Part shown: positions 1 through 9,736 of the stretch, one piece after another
Layout of the letters: each line of letters starts with the position of its first letter
How positions within the stretch are numbered: the first letter of the stretch is position 1
IMG/VR virus record: IMGVR_UViG_2531839524_000004
Origin: a virus
Taxonomy: Duplodnaviria > Heunggongvirae > Uroviricota > Caudoviricetes
DNA length: 64,000 bases
Direction: 5' to 3' (one strand)
Translations under genes and position numbers: made by a program
Notes under the pieces: model-generated
Told to the model about the DNA's origin: nothing
Database searches by the model: none
The model's input: only the letters and a program-made list of their open reading frames with translations

Positions 1-2368
1 TCGAGCGGAAAACCAGATTTTCGCGGCAACATTCGTGAAAGCCCGGCAAGAGGCTCTGGATAAGATCCAGAAAATCAATGATGACGGTTCACTTTCAGAT
101 GACGAAAAGAACAAGCTATTGGCACCGTTACGTGAAACGGTAAACAAAAGCTATCTGGAGCCTGCGCAAAAACTGGTTGATTCACTTTCTTCTCGTAAGA
201 ATGCGACCGAGAAGCAAATTGCGACTCTTAATGATCAGCTTGAAAAAGCCAAAAAGGATGGAAATACCGAGCAGATCCAGAAACTGCAAGGCAGTATTCG
301 TGGTTATCAGGAGCATTTGGAAGCCGTTGCTCAGGAGCTGACTCAGGCAGAGTTCGAGAGAGATAACGCGGCCAAAACTGGTAAGGGCGTAATGTCAAAC
401 CAGGGGACTGTTCTTGGGTTAGGTACAACTGATAAAGCTGCTCAGAAGGCGCTGGCGCAATATATGCGAAACCAGATGGATTCTGCGACTTATCAACGTA
501 CTTTGCCTGACGGCACTCCGATGATGGACTTCGAAGGTAAGCCGATTATTGGGCCTAAACAACTCAAGACGCAGCTTAATTTGCAGAAAGCATCCAGCGC
601 CAGCTCTCTGGAGAAAATGAGCGATGAAGAGCGTGCCGCAGCCATTGCTGCACTGACTAAAGCTCGTGAACAGGATGCCGCAGCCGCCGAGAAAGCAGCC
701 CAACGATCAGCTAACGCCTCGCAGCGTGCGGCCAAGAAGGAACAGGCAGCGCAACAGAAACTGGCAGCCGGATACCAGAAGGCTCTGGACAAAGCCGATC
801 AGCTTATGGGGCAAATGGGGGAAAGCTCTAAGGCTACGGTATCGTTTGATCAGTCTCTTCGCGATACAACGAAATCGCTGACAGATTTGGCTAATGCGGT
901 TCCTAACGAGTTCATCACTCAAGAGATGATCGACAAGGCGAAAAAACGTCTTGAAGACCTCAAAAATGCGACACCTGAATATCGCGAGATGTTTAATCGC
1001 CGCAATGTTGAGCAGATGATCTCCACCTGGGCGCCGGAGGCGGATTCCATTATTAGTGCTGGCTATACGCCGTCTCGCGAAGAGAAAGTTGCTGATTTCG
1101 AAGACACCTACAACCGCAATCTCAAAGCGTTGATAGAACTTCGTGATAAGGCGTCTGATCCTAAAGTTGTGGCGCTTTATACAAAGAAAATCAATCAACT
1201 GATTGCTGCTGGCAATACCGCGCTTATTAAAGAGACGGGGACTGCGACGCAGAAGTTGGCACTGGAATACGAAAACCTGGCAGAGCAGATCGAAAGCACC
1301 TGGACTGATTTGTTTAGTGGCTTAACTGATGTCCTGACTGATTTCGTTATTAACGGGAAGATGAGCTTCTCCAGCCTATCTCAGTCCATTTTGAAAGATA
1401 TCACCAATATGGTCGTGAAGTCGCAAATCACGCTGCCTCTAATGAACATGTTGGGGATGGGAACCACCGCAGCTGGTAGTTCACAGAGTGGCAATTTGCT
1501 CACTGGAGTTGCTTCTGCCGTTGCCAATCAAGGTGTACGAATGGGCAACACTGTTAATGGCGACAAGTCGGTAGGAGAAGCCACGAAGGAGACGTCCAGT
1601 TCGGGAACTGGATTGGGGCAAACAACACAGCAGACCACCAGCGCAATTGGCACAGCAACAAATGCGATTGGTAGCTGGGTATCGGGGCTATTTGATAGCA
1701 CCGAAGCCAAAGATGCTGAGACAAAAGCAGTGAAGGACTCCATCTTCTCGATGCAGAACCTCAGCTCTGTTACCGGCGCTCTGTCTGCCGCGTTTGCAAT
1801 GCTTGGAGCTAATGCTTCCGGCTCTGGTAATAAGTGGTTGAATTTCGGCGCGACAGTTGCATCTGGTTTGGTTTCAGTATGGGCTGGTGGTGGATTCGAT
1901 GGATTGATGTCCGGTTCTTCTGGCTCAACTTCCGGGTTCAACAATCTGACCAGTTCTGCTGCCGATGGCACGAATGGTATTCCTGCAATTCCGAAGTTTG
2001 CAAATGGTGGCATATTCGGAAAAGACGGCGTGATCCCGCTCCGGGCATACCAGAAAGGCGGTATCGCCAACTCACCTCAATTGGCGTTGTTTGGGGAAGG
2101 CGATATGAATGAGGCGTATGTTCCATTGCCTGATGGTCGAACAATCCCTGTAACGCTCAGTACCGATGGTATGAGTGGAGGAGGAAATGTTCTTTCTCCG
2201 GTATCAATTGAGATCAACGTCCATAGTGACGGTAGCACAACTGAATCCGGCGATACAGAAAGCATATGGAACAATGCCGCTCAACGGATGAAAGCAATCG
2301 CGCTTGAGACTATCGCTCAAGAGAAACGCCCTGGCGGATCACTCAACCCAAACACTCAACGTAACTAA
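1..2368 (+). CDS. Tail tape measure protein, 3' portion (gene starts upstream of the window)
   Basis: Reading frame is open from position 2 with no start; N-terminal part is charged and coiled-coil-like, C-terminal part Gly/Ser/Thr-rich; lies directly upstream of gpM/L/K/I/J-like genes. Confidence 0.75.
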   Translation, partial: RAENQIFAATFVKARQEALDKIQKINDDGSLSDDEKNKLLAPLRETVNKSYLEPAQKLVDSLSSRKNATEKQIATLNDQLEKAKKDGNTEQIQKLQGSIRGYQEHLEAVAQELTQAEFERDNAAKTGKGVMSNQGTVLGLGTTDKAAQKALAQYMRNQMDSATYQRTLPDGTPMMDFEGKPIIGPKQLKTQLNLQKASSASSLEKMSDEERAAAIAALTKAREQDAAAAEKAAQRSANASQRAAKKEQAAQQKLAAGYQKALDKADQLMGQMGESSKATVSFDQSLRDTTKSLTDLANAVPNEFITQEMIDKAKKRLEDLKNATPEYREMFNRRNVEQMISTWAPEADSIISAGYTPSREEKVADFEDTYNRNLKALIELRDKASDPKVVALYTKKINQLIAAGNTALIKETGTATQKLALEYENLAEQIESTWTDLFSGLTDVLTDFVINGKMSFSSLSQSILKDITNMVVKSQITLPLMNMLGMGTTAAGSSQSGNLLTGVASAVANQGVRMGNTVNGDKSVGEATKETSSSGTGLGQTTQQTTSAIGTATNAIGSWVSGLFDSTEAKDAETKAVKDSIFSMQNLSSVTGALSAAFAMLGANASGSGNKWLNFGATVASGLVSVWAGGGFDGLMSGSSGSTSGFNNLTSSAADGTNGIPAIPKFANGGIFGKDGVIPLRAYQKGGIANSPQLALFGEGDMNEAYVPLPDGRTIPVTLSTDGMSGGGNVLSPVSIEINVHSDGSTTESGDTESIWNNAAQRMKAIALETIAQEKRPGGSLNPNTQRN

Positions 2369-2410
2369 CTATCGACTGCCCCGGTCGGGGCAGTCTCACA
2401 AGGATGTGAG

Positions 2411-2746
2411 ATGGAAAGACAAACGTTTAATTGGTATCCAGATTACGAATCTGAAAAAAGCGTAAAACCGAATGTAACGGTACTTAATTTTGGTGATGAC
2501 TACGAGCAGCGACAGGCTCAAGGTCTTAATCGTATTAAAGAAGAATGGTCGTTAACCTTTACCAGATCATACAACGAAATTAATGCAATCGATGACTTCC
2601 TGACTGAGCGATCAGGCGTTGAATCGTTCTATTGGGTTAATCCAAGAGGCAAGCAGATTGTAGTTGTATGTGACAGTCATACGGTCAAGCGATATCAGGG
2701 GTACTGTGTCTTAACTGCTACATTCAGACAAGTATTTGAGGCTTAA
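2411..2746 (+). CDS. Minor tail protein (lambda gpM-like)
   Basis: 111-aa ORF in the canonical position between tape measure and gpL-like gene; call is by synteny and size. Confidence 0.55.
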   Translation: MERQTFNWYPDYESEKSVKPNVTVLNFGDDYEQRQAQGLNRIKEEWSLTFTRSYNEINAIDDFLTERSGVESFYWVNPRGKQIVVVCDSHTVKRYQGYCVLTATFRQVFEA

Positions 2747-2795
2747 GTATCTGGATAAGTAAGTACTAATTTACTATCATTGTGGCGCTGACAGG

Positions 2796-3527
2796 ATGTT
2801 AGCGCCTACTTATTTCAAGGATGAAACAATGGGAATTAAAGCTGATATTCAGAGCTTATCTCCCTCTGCACTCATTGAGTTGTTCGTACTGGATATGTCG
2901 AACACAACTTCAGGGGGGAAGCTATTCTTCCACGCCGGAACAAACGAACTGATGCAACCGGTCGTCTGGCAAGGAGTGACATACGAGCCGTGGCCAATAA
3001 AAGCATCAGGCTTTGACAAAACGGGCCAGGGAACGTTGCCACGTCCAAAAATTCAGGTATCGAACTTTGCCGGAACCGTCTCTGCGGAAGTTCAGGCAAA
3101 CGACGATCTTGTTGGCTGCCGCATTATTCGCAAGATGACGCTGGCTCGCTTCCTCGATGCCGTTAATTTTAAAGACGGTAATCCAACAGCAGATCCAAAC
3201 CAACATTTCCCGGATGAAATGTGGTTTATCGAACAGAAAACGCTCGAAACTCATCAGGTTGTCGAGTTTGAGTTGTCCAGTGTGTTCGATTTGATGGGGG
3301 TGCAACTGCCGTATCGTCAGATCATTAAAAACACCTGCCCGTGGAAATACCGAGGGCCAGAATGCGGCTATACCGGTCCATATTTCGACAAAAATAACCA
3401 GCAGACGTCTATGTCTGGTGCTGATTACTGCACAAAACGTTATGACGCCTGTAATGCGCGTCGGAATTATTTTGCCAACGGAGTGATCCATTTTGGCGGG
3501 TTTATTGGAGCTACGCGATATGGGTAA
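2796..3527 (+). CDS. Minor tail protein (lambda gpL-like)
   Basis: 243 aa; C-terminal Cys cluster 'CPWKYRGPECGY...C...C' as in gpL Fe-S proteins; a likelier start is the internal ATG at 2829 preceded by AAGGA. Confidence 0.7.
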   Translation: MLAPTYFKDETMGIKADIQSLSPSALIELFVLDMSNTTSGGKLFFHAGTNELMQPVVWQGVTYEPWPIKASGFDKTGQGTLPRPKIQVSNFAGTVSAEVQANDDLVGCRIIRKMTLARFLDAVNFKDGNPTADPNQHFPDEMWFIEQKTLETHQVVEFELSSVFDLMGVQLPYRQIIKNTCPWKYRGPECGYTGPYFDKNNQQTSMSGADYCTKRYDACNARRNYFANGVIHFGGFIGATRYG

Positions 3528-4317
3528 TAAAGCAATCCCTGAGCTTGGCTCTGATGTTATGCAGCAAATCTATCTCTGCGCCATAAATCGCTACCCTAAT
3601 GAAGCGTGTGGCTTTCTGGTGAGAACTAATGGCGACAAATATCGCTTTATGGAAGCGCGAAATGTTTCGGAGAACCCGCAGAACACTTTTGTAATGCACG
3701 TTGACGACATTATAGCGGCAGAGGATGCAGGTGACGTAATCGCAATCTGGCATTCACATACTGATGAATCAGCAGAAGCATCTGATGCCGATCGTGCAGG
3801 CTGTGAAGCGACGGAAGTTCCGTGGATGATTCTGGCTATTCGCAAGAATGTTGAGGGAGATGCCCCTTTCCATTTTAGCGAGATGAATGTGATCACACCT
3901 GATGGTTTCGAAATGCCATACCTGGGTAGACCGTATGTATTTGGCGTATTCGATTGCTGGATGTTGTGTCGGGACTATTTGAAGCGTGAGTTTAACGTCG
4001 AGCTTAACCCGAACGCACACCTGCATATTCCATCGTGGTACACCGGCGATAACGACATTCTCGACCAGAACTACCGAAACGAAGGGTTGGTACGGCTTGC
4101 GCCTGGAACAGAGCCTCAACGTGGGGACGTCTTCTTTATTCAATACGGGAAAATGCCAGATCACTGCGCGGTTTATATCGGCGATGGAATGATTCTTCAT
4201 CACCAGATCGACCGTCTTAGTTGTCGTGCTTATTACGGCGGAATGTATCAGAAACATACGACGCATCACTTGCGTCACAGAGACTTGCTCAAGGGAGATG
4301 AGACGTGTCTGAGTTAG
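3520..4317 (+). CDS. Tail tip assembly protein (lambda gpK-like; JAMM/MPN plus NlpC/P60 domains)
   Basis: 'AIWHSHTDESAEASDADR' is an HxH...D JAMM-like motif; C-terminal 'FDCWMLCRDY' and 'DHCAVYIGDGMILHH' fit an NlpC/P60 Cys/His pair. ORF track starts at 3493; start trimmed to the ATG at 3520. Confidence 0.7.
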   Translation: MGNKAIPELGSDVMQQIYLCAINRYPNEACGFLVRTNGDKYRFMEARNVSENPQNTFVMHVDDIIAAEDAGDVIAIWHSHTDESAEASDADRAGCEATEVPWMILAIRKNVEGDAPFHFSEMNVITPDGFEMPYLGRPYVFGVFDCWMLCRDYLKREFNVELNPNAHLHIPSWYTGDNDILDQNYRNEGLVRLAPGTEPQRGDVFFIQYGKMPDHCAVYIGDGMILHHQIDRLSCRAYYGGMYQKHTTHHLRHRDLLKGDETCLS

Positions 4318-4898
4318 TTCATGTGCAGCTTGGCGGACCTATGGCTAAACATTTTGGTCGCCACTGGCATCTAAAGGTGCGCAATACAAAACAGGCTCTG
4401 GATTTAATTGAAGCCAACAAGCCTGGGTTTAAAGCATGGATGAAGCGCAATATCAAAACCTATGACAGTTACCACATCCAGATCACCAATAAACAGGGCC
4501 ACAAGTGGTCTGTTGACGAAAGTGAATATCAGATGATGGGGCAGTCTGACAACATTGCCAAAATCCGCATTACACCTGTTCCGCGAGGAAGCGGTGGATC
4601 TGCTTTTGGGTGGTTTCAGACGGTAGTAGGGGCCGCTTTGTTGGTTGTATCGGCGGTAGTGATGCCTGCTTTAGCACCTCTCGGTTTGTCACTGATGATG
4701 GGCGGCATATCACAAATCATATCGCCGCAAGCCACTAACGAAAGTGTGAGACAGGCAGATAACTCGAACTCTTATTATTTCGACGGCCCTCAAAATACAG
4801 AAAACCAGGGCAACCCAGTACAACTTATCTATGGCGAGGAAATTCTGGTTGGCTCACAGGTTGTGAGTTCTTCAATCACGATTGACCAGCTAATGTAA
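4305..4898 (+). CDS. Tail assembly protein (lambda gpI-like)
   Basis: 197 aa with a hydrophobic C-terminal segment, between gpK-like and gpJ-like genes; GTG start overlapping the upstream gene. Confidence 0.55.
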   Translation: MSELVHVQLGGPMAKHFGRHWHLKVRNTKQALDLIEANKPGFKAWMKRNIKTYDSYHIQITNKQGHKWSVDESEYQMMGQSDNIAKIRITPVPRGSGGSAFGWFQTVVGAALLVVSAVVMPALAPLGLSLMMGGISQIISPQATNESVRQADNSNSYYFDGPQNTENQGNPVQLIYGEEILVGSQVVSSSITIDQLM

Positions 4899-4909
4899 AC
4901 AAGGATTTT

Positions 4910-7900
4910 TTGAACATGGAACAGTTCAAGAAGAAAAAGCTACCGCTGTTTATTGCCGGTGCGGGTGGTAAAAAAAGCAGCAAAAGCTCCAGTCGTACAC
5001 CGGTTGAAGCCGACGATACCGTAAATTCTCGTGCAATGGCCGCTATCCTCGATCTTCTTGGGGAAGGGGTAATTGGCGGCTTAGTAAATGGCGCAAGATC
5101 TATTTTTATCGACGATCTGCCGATTGTAAATGAAGACGGTTCCTCCAACTTCAGCGGAATCACATGGGATTTTCGCGACGGTTCACAAGACCAGACTCCA
5201 ATGTCTGGCTTTGATTTCGTTGAAACGCCTAAATCCGTCAATATCCAGTTAAAAAAAACACATTATGTAACGGTTTCAATCGATAACGATGAAGCTGATC
5301 GGGTTCGTGTCATCATGAAGTTTCCTTCTTTGCGAAGCATAGATAAAAAAACTGGTGACACGAACGGTACGACTGTTGAGTACAAGTTCCAGATAGCAAA
5401 TGGCGACTCAACATTTGTAGATGTGGTCGCGGAAGGGGAAAAAAGCGTTGGCATTAAGCTAACAGCAAAGAAGACCGGCGTTTATTACCGTAGCTATGAG
5501 CTGAAGCTGCCTAAGCCTGGACGCGCATACAAGGTTCGTGTAGTCCGTATTACCGATGATAACAGTAGCCAGTATCTCTATAACGATACATGGGTGGATT
5601 CAATCGGGGAAATTGTCGATACACCGATGAACTATCCAAACTCTGTTTTGGTTGGATTGAAGGTAAACTCTGAGCAATTCGGCAGCACCATGCCATCTCG
5701 CTCTTATCTGGTGCGTGGCCTAAAAATTCGAGTACCTTCAAACTATAACGAGTCCAGTAACACTTACGCTGGGGTATGGGATGGCACTTTTAAGCTGTTG
5801 TCTTCTTCGAACCCCGCGTGGATTCTCTTTGATTTGCTGACCAATGCTCGATATGGCCTTGGTCAGTATGTGTCGGAATCTATGATTGACCTTGGCCAGT
5901 TGTACCAGATTGGTCGATATTGTGACGAAGAGGTCGATGATGGCTTTGGTGGCAAAGAGAAACGCTTTGCAATCAATACGCAGATCACCAGTCGACAGGA
6001 CGCATACCGGCTAATTCAGGATATTGCTGGAGCATTCCGCGGCATGGTGTTTTGGGCTGGTGGGATGGTTAACATCATGCAGGATAGCCCATCAGATCCG
6101 GTAATGATGTTTACCAACTCTAACGTCAAAGATGGATTGTTTACCTATAAAGGTTCTGCGCGTAAAGATCGCCCATCCGTTGCGCTCGTAACCTACAACA
6201 ACAAGGAGGACGGTTATAAGCAAAACATCGAGTACGTTGAAGATCAGGACGCAATGCGCCGTTATGGTGAGCGTAAGACAGAAGTCGTAGCATTTGGCTG
6301 TACAAGCCGAGGGCAGGCTCACCGAGTTGGTTTATGGCTTTTATATACCGCCAGAATGGAGTCGGATGTAATTACATTTACTGCCGGCTTAGACGCGTCA
6401 TTTCTGATGCCTGGTGAAACCGTTCTGATTCAGAACAAATATCGCGCAGGCAAACGTAACTCAGGTCGAATTGTGGCGTTTACCAAAAACAGCGTCACAC
6501 TCGATGCGCCTGTGTCGTTAGCCAAAGGCGGCTGCTTTATTCGAATACTGAATCAGGAAGGCAAAATCGTTGAACGCGATGTTCTTGAAACTGGCGAAAA
6601 TATAACAAAAGTTACGTTTTCAAAAGCCCTGTCTTCGGCTGAAACGCCTGTTTTGAACGGCGTCTGGACTATTACAGAACCAGACCTCGAACCTATGCGC
6701 GTTCGCATCGTTAACATCGCGCAGGGGGAAACGCCGGGTAGCTTTGACATCACCGCTGTTGAGAACAATCCGTCTAAATATGAGGCGATCGACAATGGTG
6801 CAACGCTTATCCCGCAAAATACGACGGTATTGGACCCGACTTACTCCAAGCCGTCTAATTTGCAAATCACCGAAGGGACTTATCTCTCAAGCCCTGGCAA
6901 CCTGTCAGTAAAACTGACTGCAACATGGGAAGGGAAATCTCCAGAGTATTGGATCAGTTGGCGACGTTCTGATGAAAACAATGTATCGAACTGGCAATCG
7001 GCGCGTGTAACCGAAGAGCAATACGAAATCGTTAATGTTGCGGAGAATGGACGCTACGACTTCCAGCTGTATGCGGTTTCATTCAACGGTAAAAAAACAG
7101 AGATTATCAGTACCGTTTATCAGGTGCTGGGCACAATGACACCGCCAGATGCCCCAACGTCATTAACGGCCGTTGGAGACTATCGTAATGTGATACTGAA
7201 TTGGGTTAATCCAGATTCGGTAGACCTTGATCACATTAATGTTTACGCGTCCCAGACCAATAATCTGGATACGGCGAAACTGATCGCAGAGTCTGCAAGC
7301 ACCACCTTTACACATGCTGGTCTTGGGGATAGCGAAACGTGGTATTACTGGGTTCGAGCATCGAACAAGCGAGGTATGTTAAGTCCTCCGAACTCAAACT
7401 TGGGTACAGAGGCGACAACTCGCGATGTACTGTCGTTCCTGACTGGCAAAATTACATCTTCCGAGCTTGGTCAGGCTCTGCTTGAGGACATCAACAGCAA
7501 AGCCTCTCAAGAAGCCGTTGACGAGTTAAATGAGCATATCAACCAGAGCGTCGAATCTTTGGAGGGGGCGGTAAACGACGTTAAGGAAGATATAGCTGAA
7601 TTAGATAAGCAGTTCAGCGATAACCTCGCGGATTTTGAAATAAAATTCAACGAGCGTAGCGATGCTTTGGAGAACGCACAAACCGAGCTTAAAGGGGAGG
7701 TTTCGGCAACGATCGACAAGGTCAATGAAGCGTTTGAAAAAATTGATGCTACTGATGCTGCAATTGTTGAAATCGAAAATACAGTATCTGAACACGATAA
7801 AGCTCTCGCTAATACAGTCGAGGCAATAAAGGCTGCAAGAGATGAAGCGGCGGCTCTTATTGCTAAGGAAAGCGAGGCTCGTGTTGAAGGCGATGCTGCA

Positions 7901-9643
7901 AACGCTAAACAACTGGAAGTGTTGCAGTCAACGGTAGAGGAAAGCTCCGCTGCCGTTGAAGAAATGAAAAAGACGGTTGCAGAGGTCGATCGTGCAAGTG
8001 CAGAACTGACTACGAACATTGAGGCGTTAGCCAAAACAAATATTGACCTGGCTCTTCGTCAAGATGAAGACCAGCACAAGCAGATGGTCAATAACGCGAA
8101 GATCGCAACAACACAGAAAACCTTTGCTGATGATATGTCTGCAATGGCTACGAAGGTTGAAGAAATTCGCGTAGAAATTGGCGAAGACATTAAGGCCAGT
8201 ATTCTGGAAGAGTCCACCGCGCGTGCCGATGGCGATGAAGCGTTAGCAAAGCGTGTCACTCAGCTGCAATCTAAGTTTGAAGGAGATATCAGCGCGGCGA
8301 TTAGTACAGAACAGGAGGCTCGTACATCTGCCGATGAAGCTTTGACGAAACAAATAACTCAGCTTGAGTCGAAAGTAAGCAACGATATTGTCGCAGCCAT
8401 TAAGGAAGAGCAAGAAGCCCGAGCAACGGAAGATTCGGCTCTGGCAAGCCAGATCACCCAACTTCAGGCAAAAGTTGATGATGATATTTCTGCTGCAATA
8501 CGCAGTGAGCAGGAGGCTCGTGCGAGCGGAGACTCTGCGTTAGCTAAACAAATAAACCAGCTTCAAGCAAAGGTTGACGGTGATATATCCGCCGCCATCA
8601 CTCAGGAGCAGGAGGCCAGAGCAAGTGCTGACGAGGCGCTCTCACGAGAAATTAACAGCCTGCGGGCGCAGACCGGAACTGACATTGCCGCAGCCGTTGC
8701 TGTAGAGACAAAGGCAAGGACTGACGCTGATAGTGCATTGTCCAGCCAGATTACATCTCTTACAGCAAAAGCTAATGATCTCGAGGCGTCTCTTGCCAAA
8801 GAAACAACGGCTCGTGCAGATGGGGATACCGCTTTAACAAAAGAGGTTTCAAGTTTAAAAGCACAGACTGCGAAAGATATTAGTGCGGCCGTTGCAGTGG
8901 AAACGCAGGCTCGAACTGATGCTGACTCGGCGTTGTCATCTCAGATCACCAAGCTGACCTCTCAATACAAAGAGGATATTAAAGCGGCTGTGGCAACCGA
9001 AACGAAAACGCGTACAGAGCAAGATGCGGCATTGGCGACCCAAATCACAAACTTAGAGTCTCAAACAGCAGCCAACATTTCTGCGGCGGTCACAACTGAA
9101 ACGACAGCGAGAACGCAGGCAGATAATGCTCTAAGTGGGCGAATCGATACTCTGAAAGCAGAGGTGGATGGAAATACCGCGACAATTCAACAGCAGGCAA
9201 CAGCTATTGCTGATACCAACAAAAAAGTGTCAACCGCGTGGACGTTGAAAATGGAGACTTCAACGAGCGGAGGGCAGAAGTATGTTGCCGGTATTGCGCT
9301 TGGTATTGACACCACTGGGCTATCTCAGTTTTTGGTTCAGGCGGACAGGTTTGGTTTGGTCAACTCTGTCAACGGGAAGATCACCACGCCATTTGTTATC
9401 GAAAACAGTATTGCCTATATGAATGGTGCTTATATCAAGGATGGCACAATCACCAATGCAAAGGTAGGCGATCTGCAATCTACCAATTTTGTTAGCGGTA
9501 GATCTGGATGGCGATTCGGTAAAAATGGAACGCTTGAAATAAACGGTAATAGCGGCGGCAATGGGCGATTGGTCATTAATGGTCAGCGGATTGACGTTTA
9601 TGACGATAACAACGTCCTACGAGTAAGAATTGGCCGTCTGTGA
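4910..9643 (+). CDS. Tail tip / central fibre host-specificity protein (lambda gpJ-like) with an inserted coiled-coil repeat array
   Basis: 1577 aa following the K/I-like genes; large N-terminal region typical of gpJ-like proteins; C-terminal half holds tandem 33-aa repeats. Confidence 0.8.
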   Translation: MNMEQFKKKKLPLFIAGAGGKKSSKSSSRTPVEADDTVNSRAMAAILDLLGEGVIGGLVNGARSIFIDDLPIVNEDGSSNFSGITWDFRDGSQDQTPMSGFDFVETPKSVNIQLKKTHYVTVSIDNDEADRVRVIMKFPSLRSIDKKTGDTNGTTVEYKFQIANGDSTFVDVVAEGEKSVGIKLTAKKTGVYYRSYELKLPKPGRAYKVRVVRITDDNSSQYLYNDTWVDSIGEIVDTPMNYPNSVLVGLKVNSEQFGSTMPSRSYLVRGLKIRVPSNYNESSNTYAGVWDGTFKLLSSSNPAWILFDLLTNARYGLGQYVSESMIDLGQLYQIGRYCDEEVDDGFGGKEKRFAINTQITSRQDAYRLIQDIAGAFRGMVFWAGGMVNIMQDSPSDPVMMFTNSNVKDGLFTYKGSARKDRPSVALVTYNNKEDGYKQNIEYVEDQDAMRRYGERKTEVVAFGCTSRGQAHRVGLWLLYTARMESDVITFTAGLDASFLMPGETVLIQNKYRAGKRNSGRIVAFTKNSVTLDAPVSLAKGGCFIRILNQEGKIVERDVLETGENITKVTFSKALSSAETPVLNGVWTITEPDLEPMRVRIVNIAQGETPGSFDITAVENNPSKYEAIDNGATLIPQNTTVLDPTYSKPSNLQITEGTYLSSPGNLSVKLTATWEGKSPEYWISWRRSDENNVSNWQSARVTEEQYEIVNVAENGRYDFQLYAVSFNGKKTEIISTVYQVLGTMTPPDAPTSLTAVGDYRNVILNWVNPDSVDLDHINVYASQTNNLDTAKLIAESASTTFTHAGLGDSETWYYWVRASNKRGMLSPPNSNLGTEATTRDVLSFLTGKITSSELGQALLEDINSKASQEAVDELNEHINQSVESLEGAVNDVKEDIAELDKQFSDNLADFEIKFNERSDALENAQTELKGEVSATIDKVNEAFEKIDATDAAIVEIENTVSEHDKALANTVEAIKAARDEAAALIAKESEARVEGDAANAKQLEVLQSTVEESSAAVEEMKKTVAEVDRASAELTTNIEALAKTNIDLALRQDEDQHKQMVNNAKIATTQKTFADDMSAMATKVEEIRVEIGEDIKASILEESTARADGDEALAKRVTQLQSKFEGDISAAISTEQEARTSADEALTKQITQLESKVSNDIVAAIKEEQEARATEDSALASQITQLQAKVDDDISAAIRSEQEARASGDSALAKQINQLQAKVDGDISAAITQEQEARASADEALSREINSLRAQTGTDIAAAVAVETKARTDADSALSSQITSLTAKANDLEASLAKETTARADGDTALTKEVSSLKAQTAKDISAAVAVETQARTDADSALSSQITKLTSQYKEDIKAAVATETKTRTEQDAALATQITNLESQTAANISAAVTTETTARTQADNALSGRIDTLKAEVDGNTATIQQQATAIADTNKKVSTAWTLKMETSTSGGQKYVAGIALGIDTTGLSQFLVQADRFGLVNSVNGKITTPFVIENSIAYMNGAYIKDGTITNAKVGDLQSTNFVSGRSGWRFGKNGTLEINGNSGGNGRLVINGQRIDVYDDNNVLRVRIGRL
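8186..9174 (+). repeat. Ten tandem 99-bp (33-aa) repeats inside the gpJ-like gene
   Basis: Repeat units such as 'DISAAISTEQEARTSADEALTKQITQLESKVSN' and 'DIVAAIKEEQEARATEDSALASQITQLQAKVDD' recur in-frame. Confidence 0.75.
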
Positions 9644-9736
9644 TGGTGGAAAAAAAATTTTATATCGGTAAGAATAGGTAAGTACTTACTTAATGGCGGG
9701 CAAGGATAGCCCGCCAAATCAAGGAGCATATTCAAC

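Noticed and set aside
7507-8034. Minus-strand ORFs inside the gpJ-like gene
   Set aside because: Antisense to a long, well-supported coding region and low-complexity; no independent expression signals seen.
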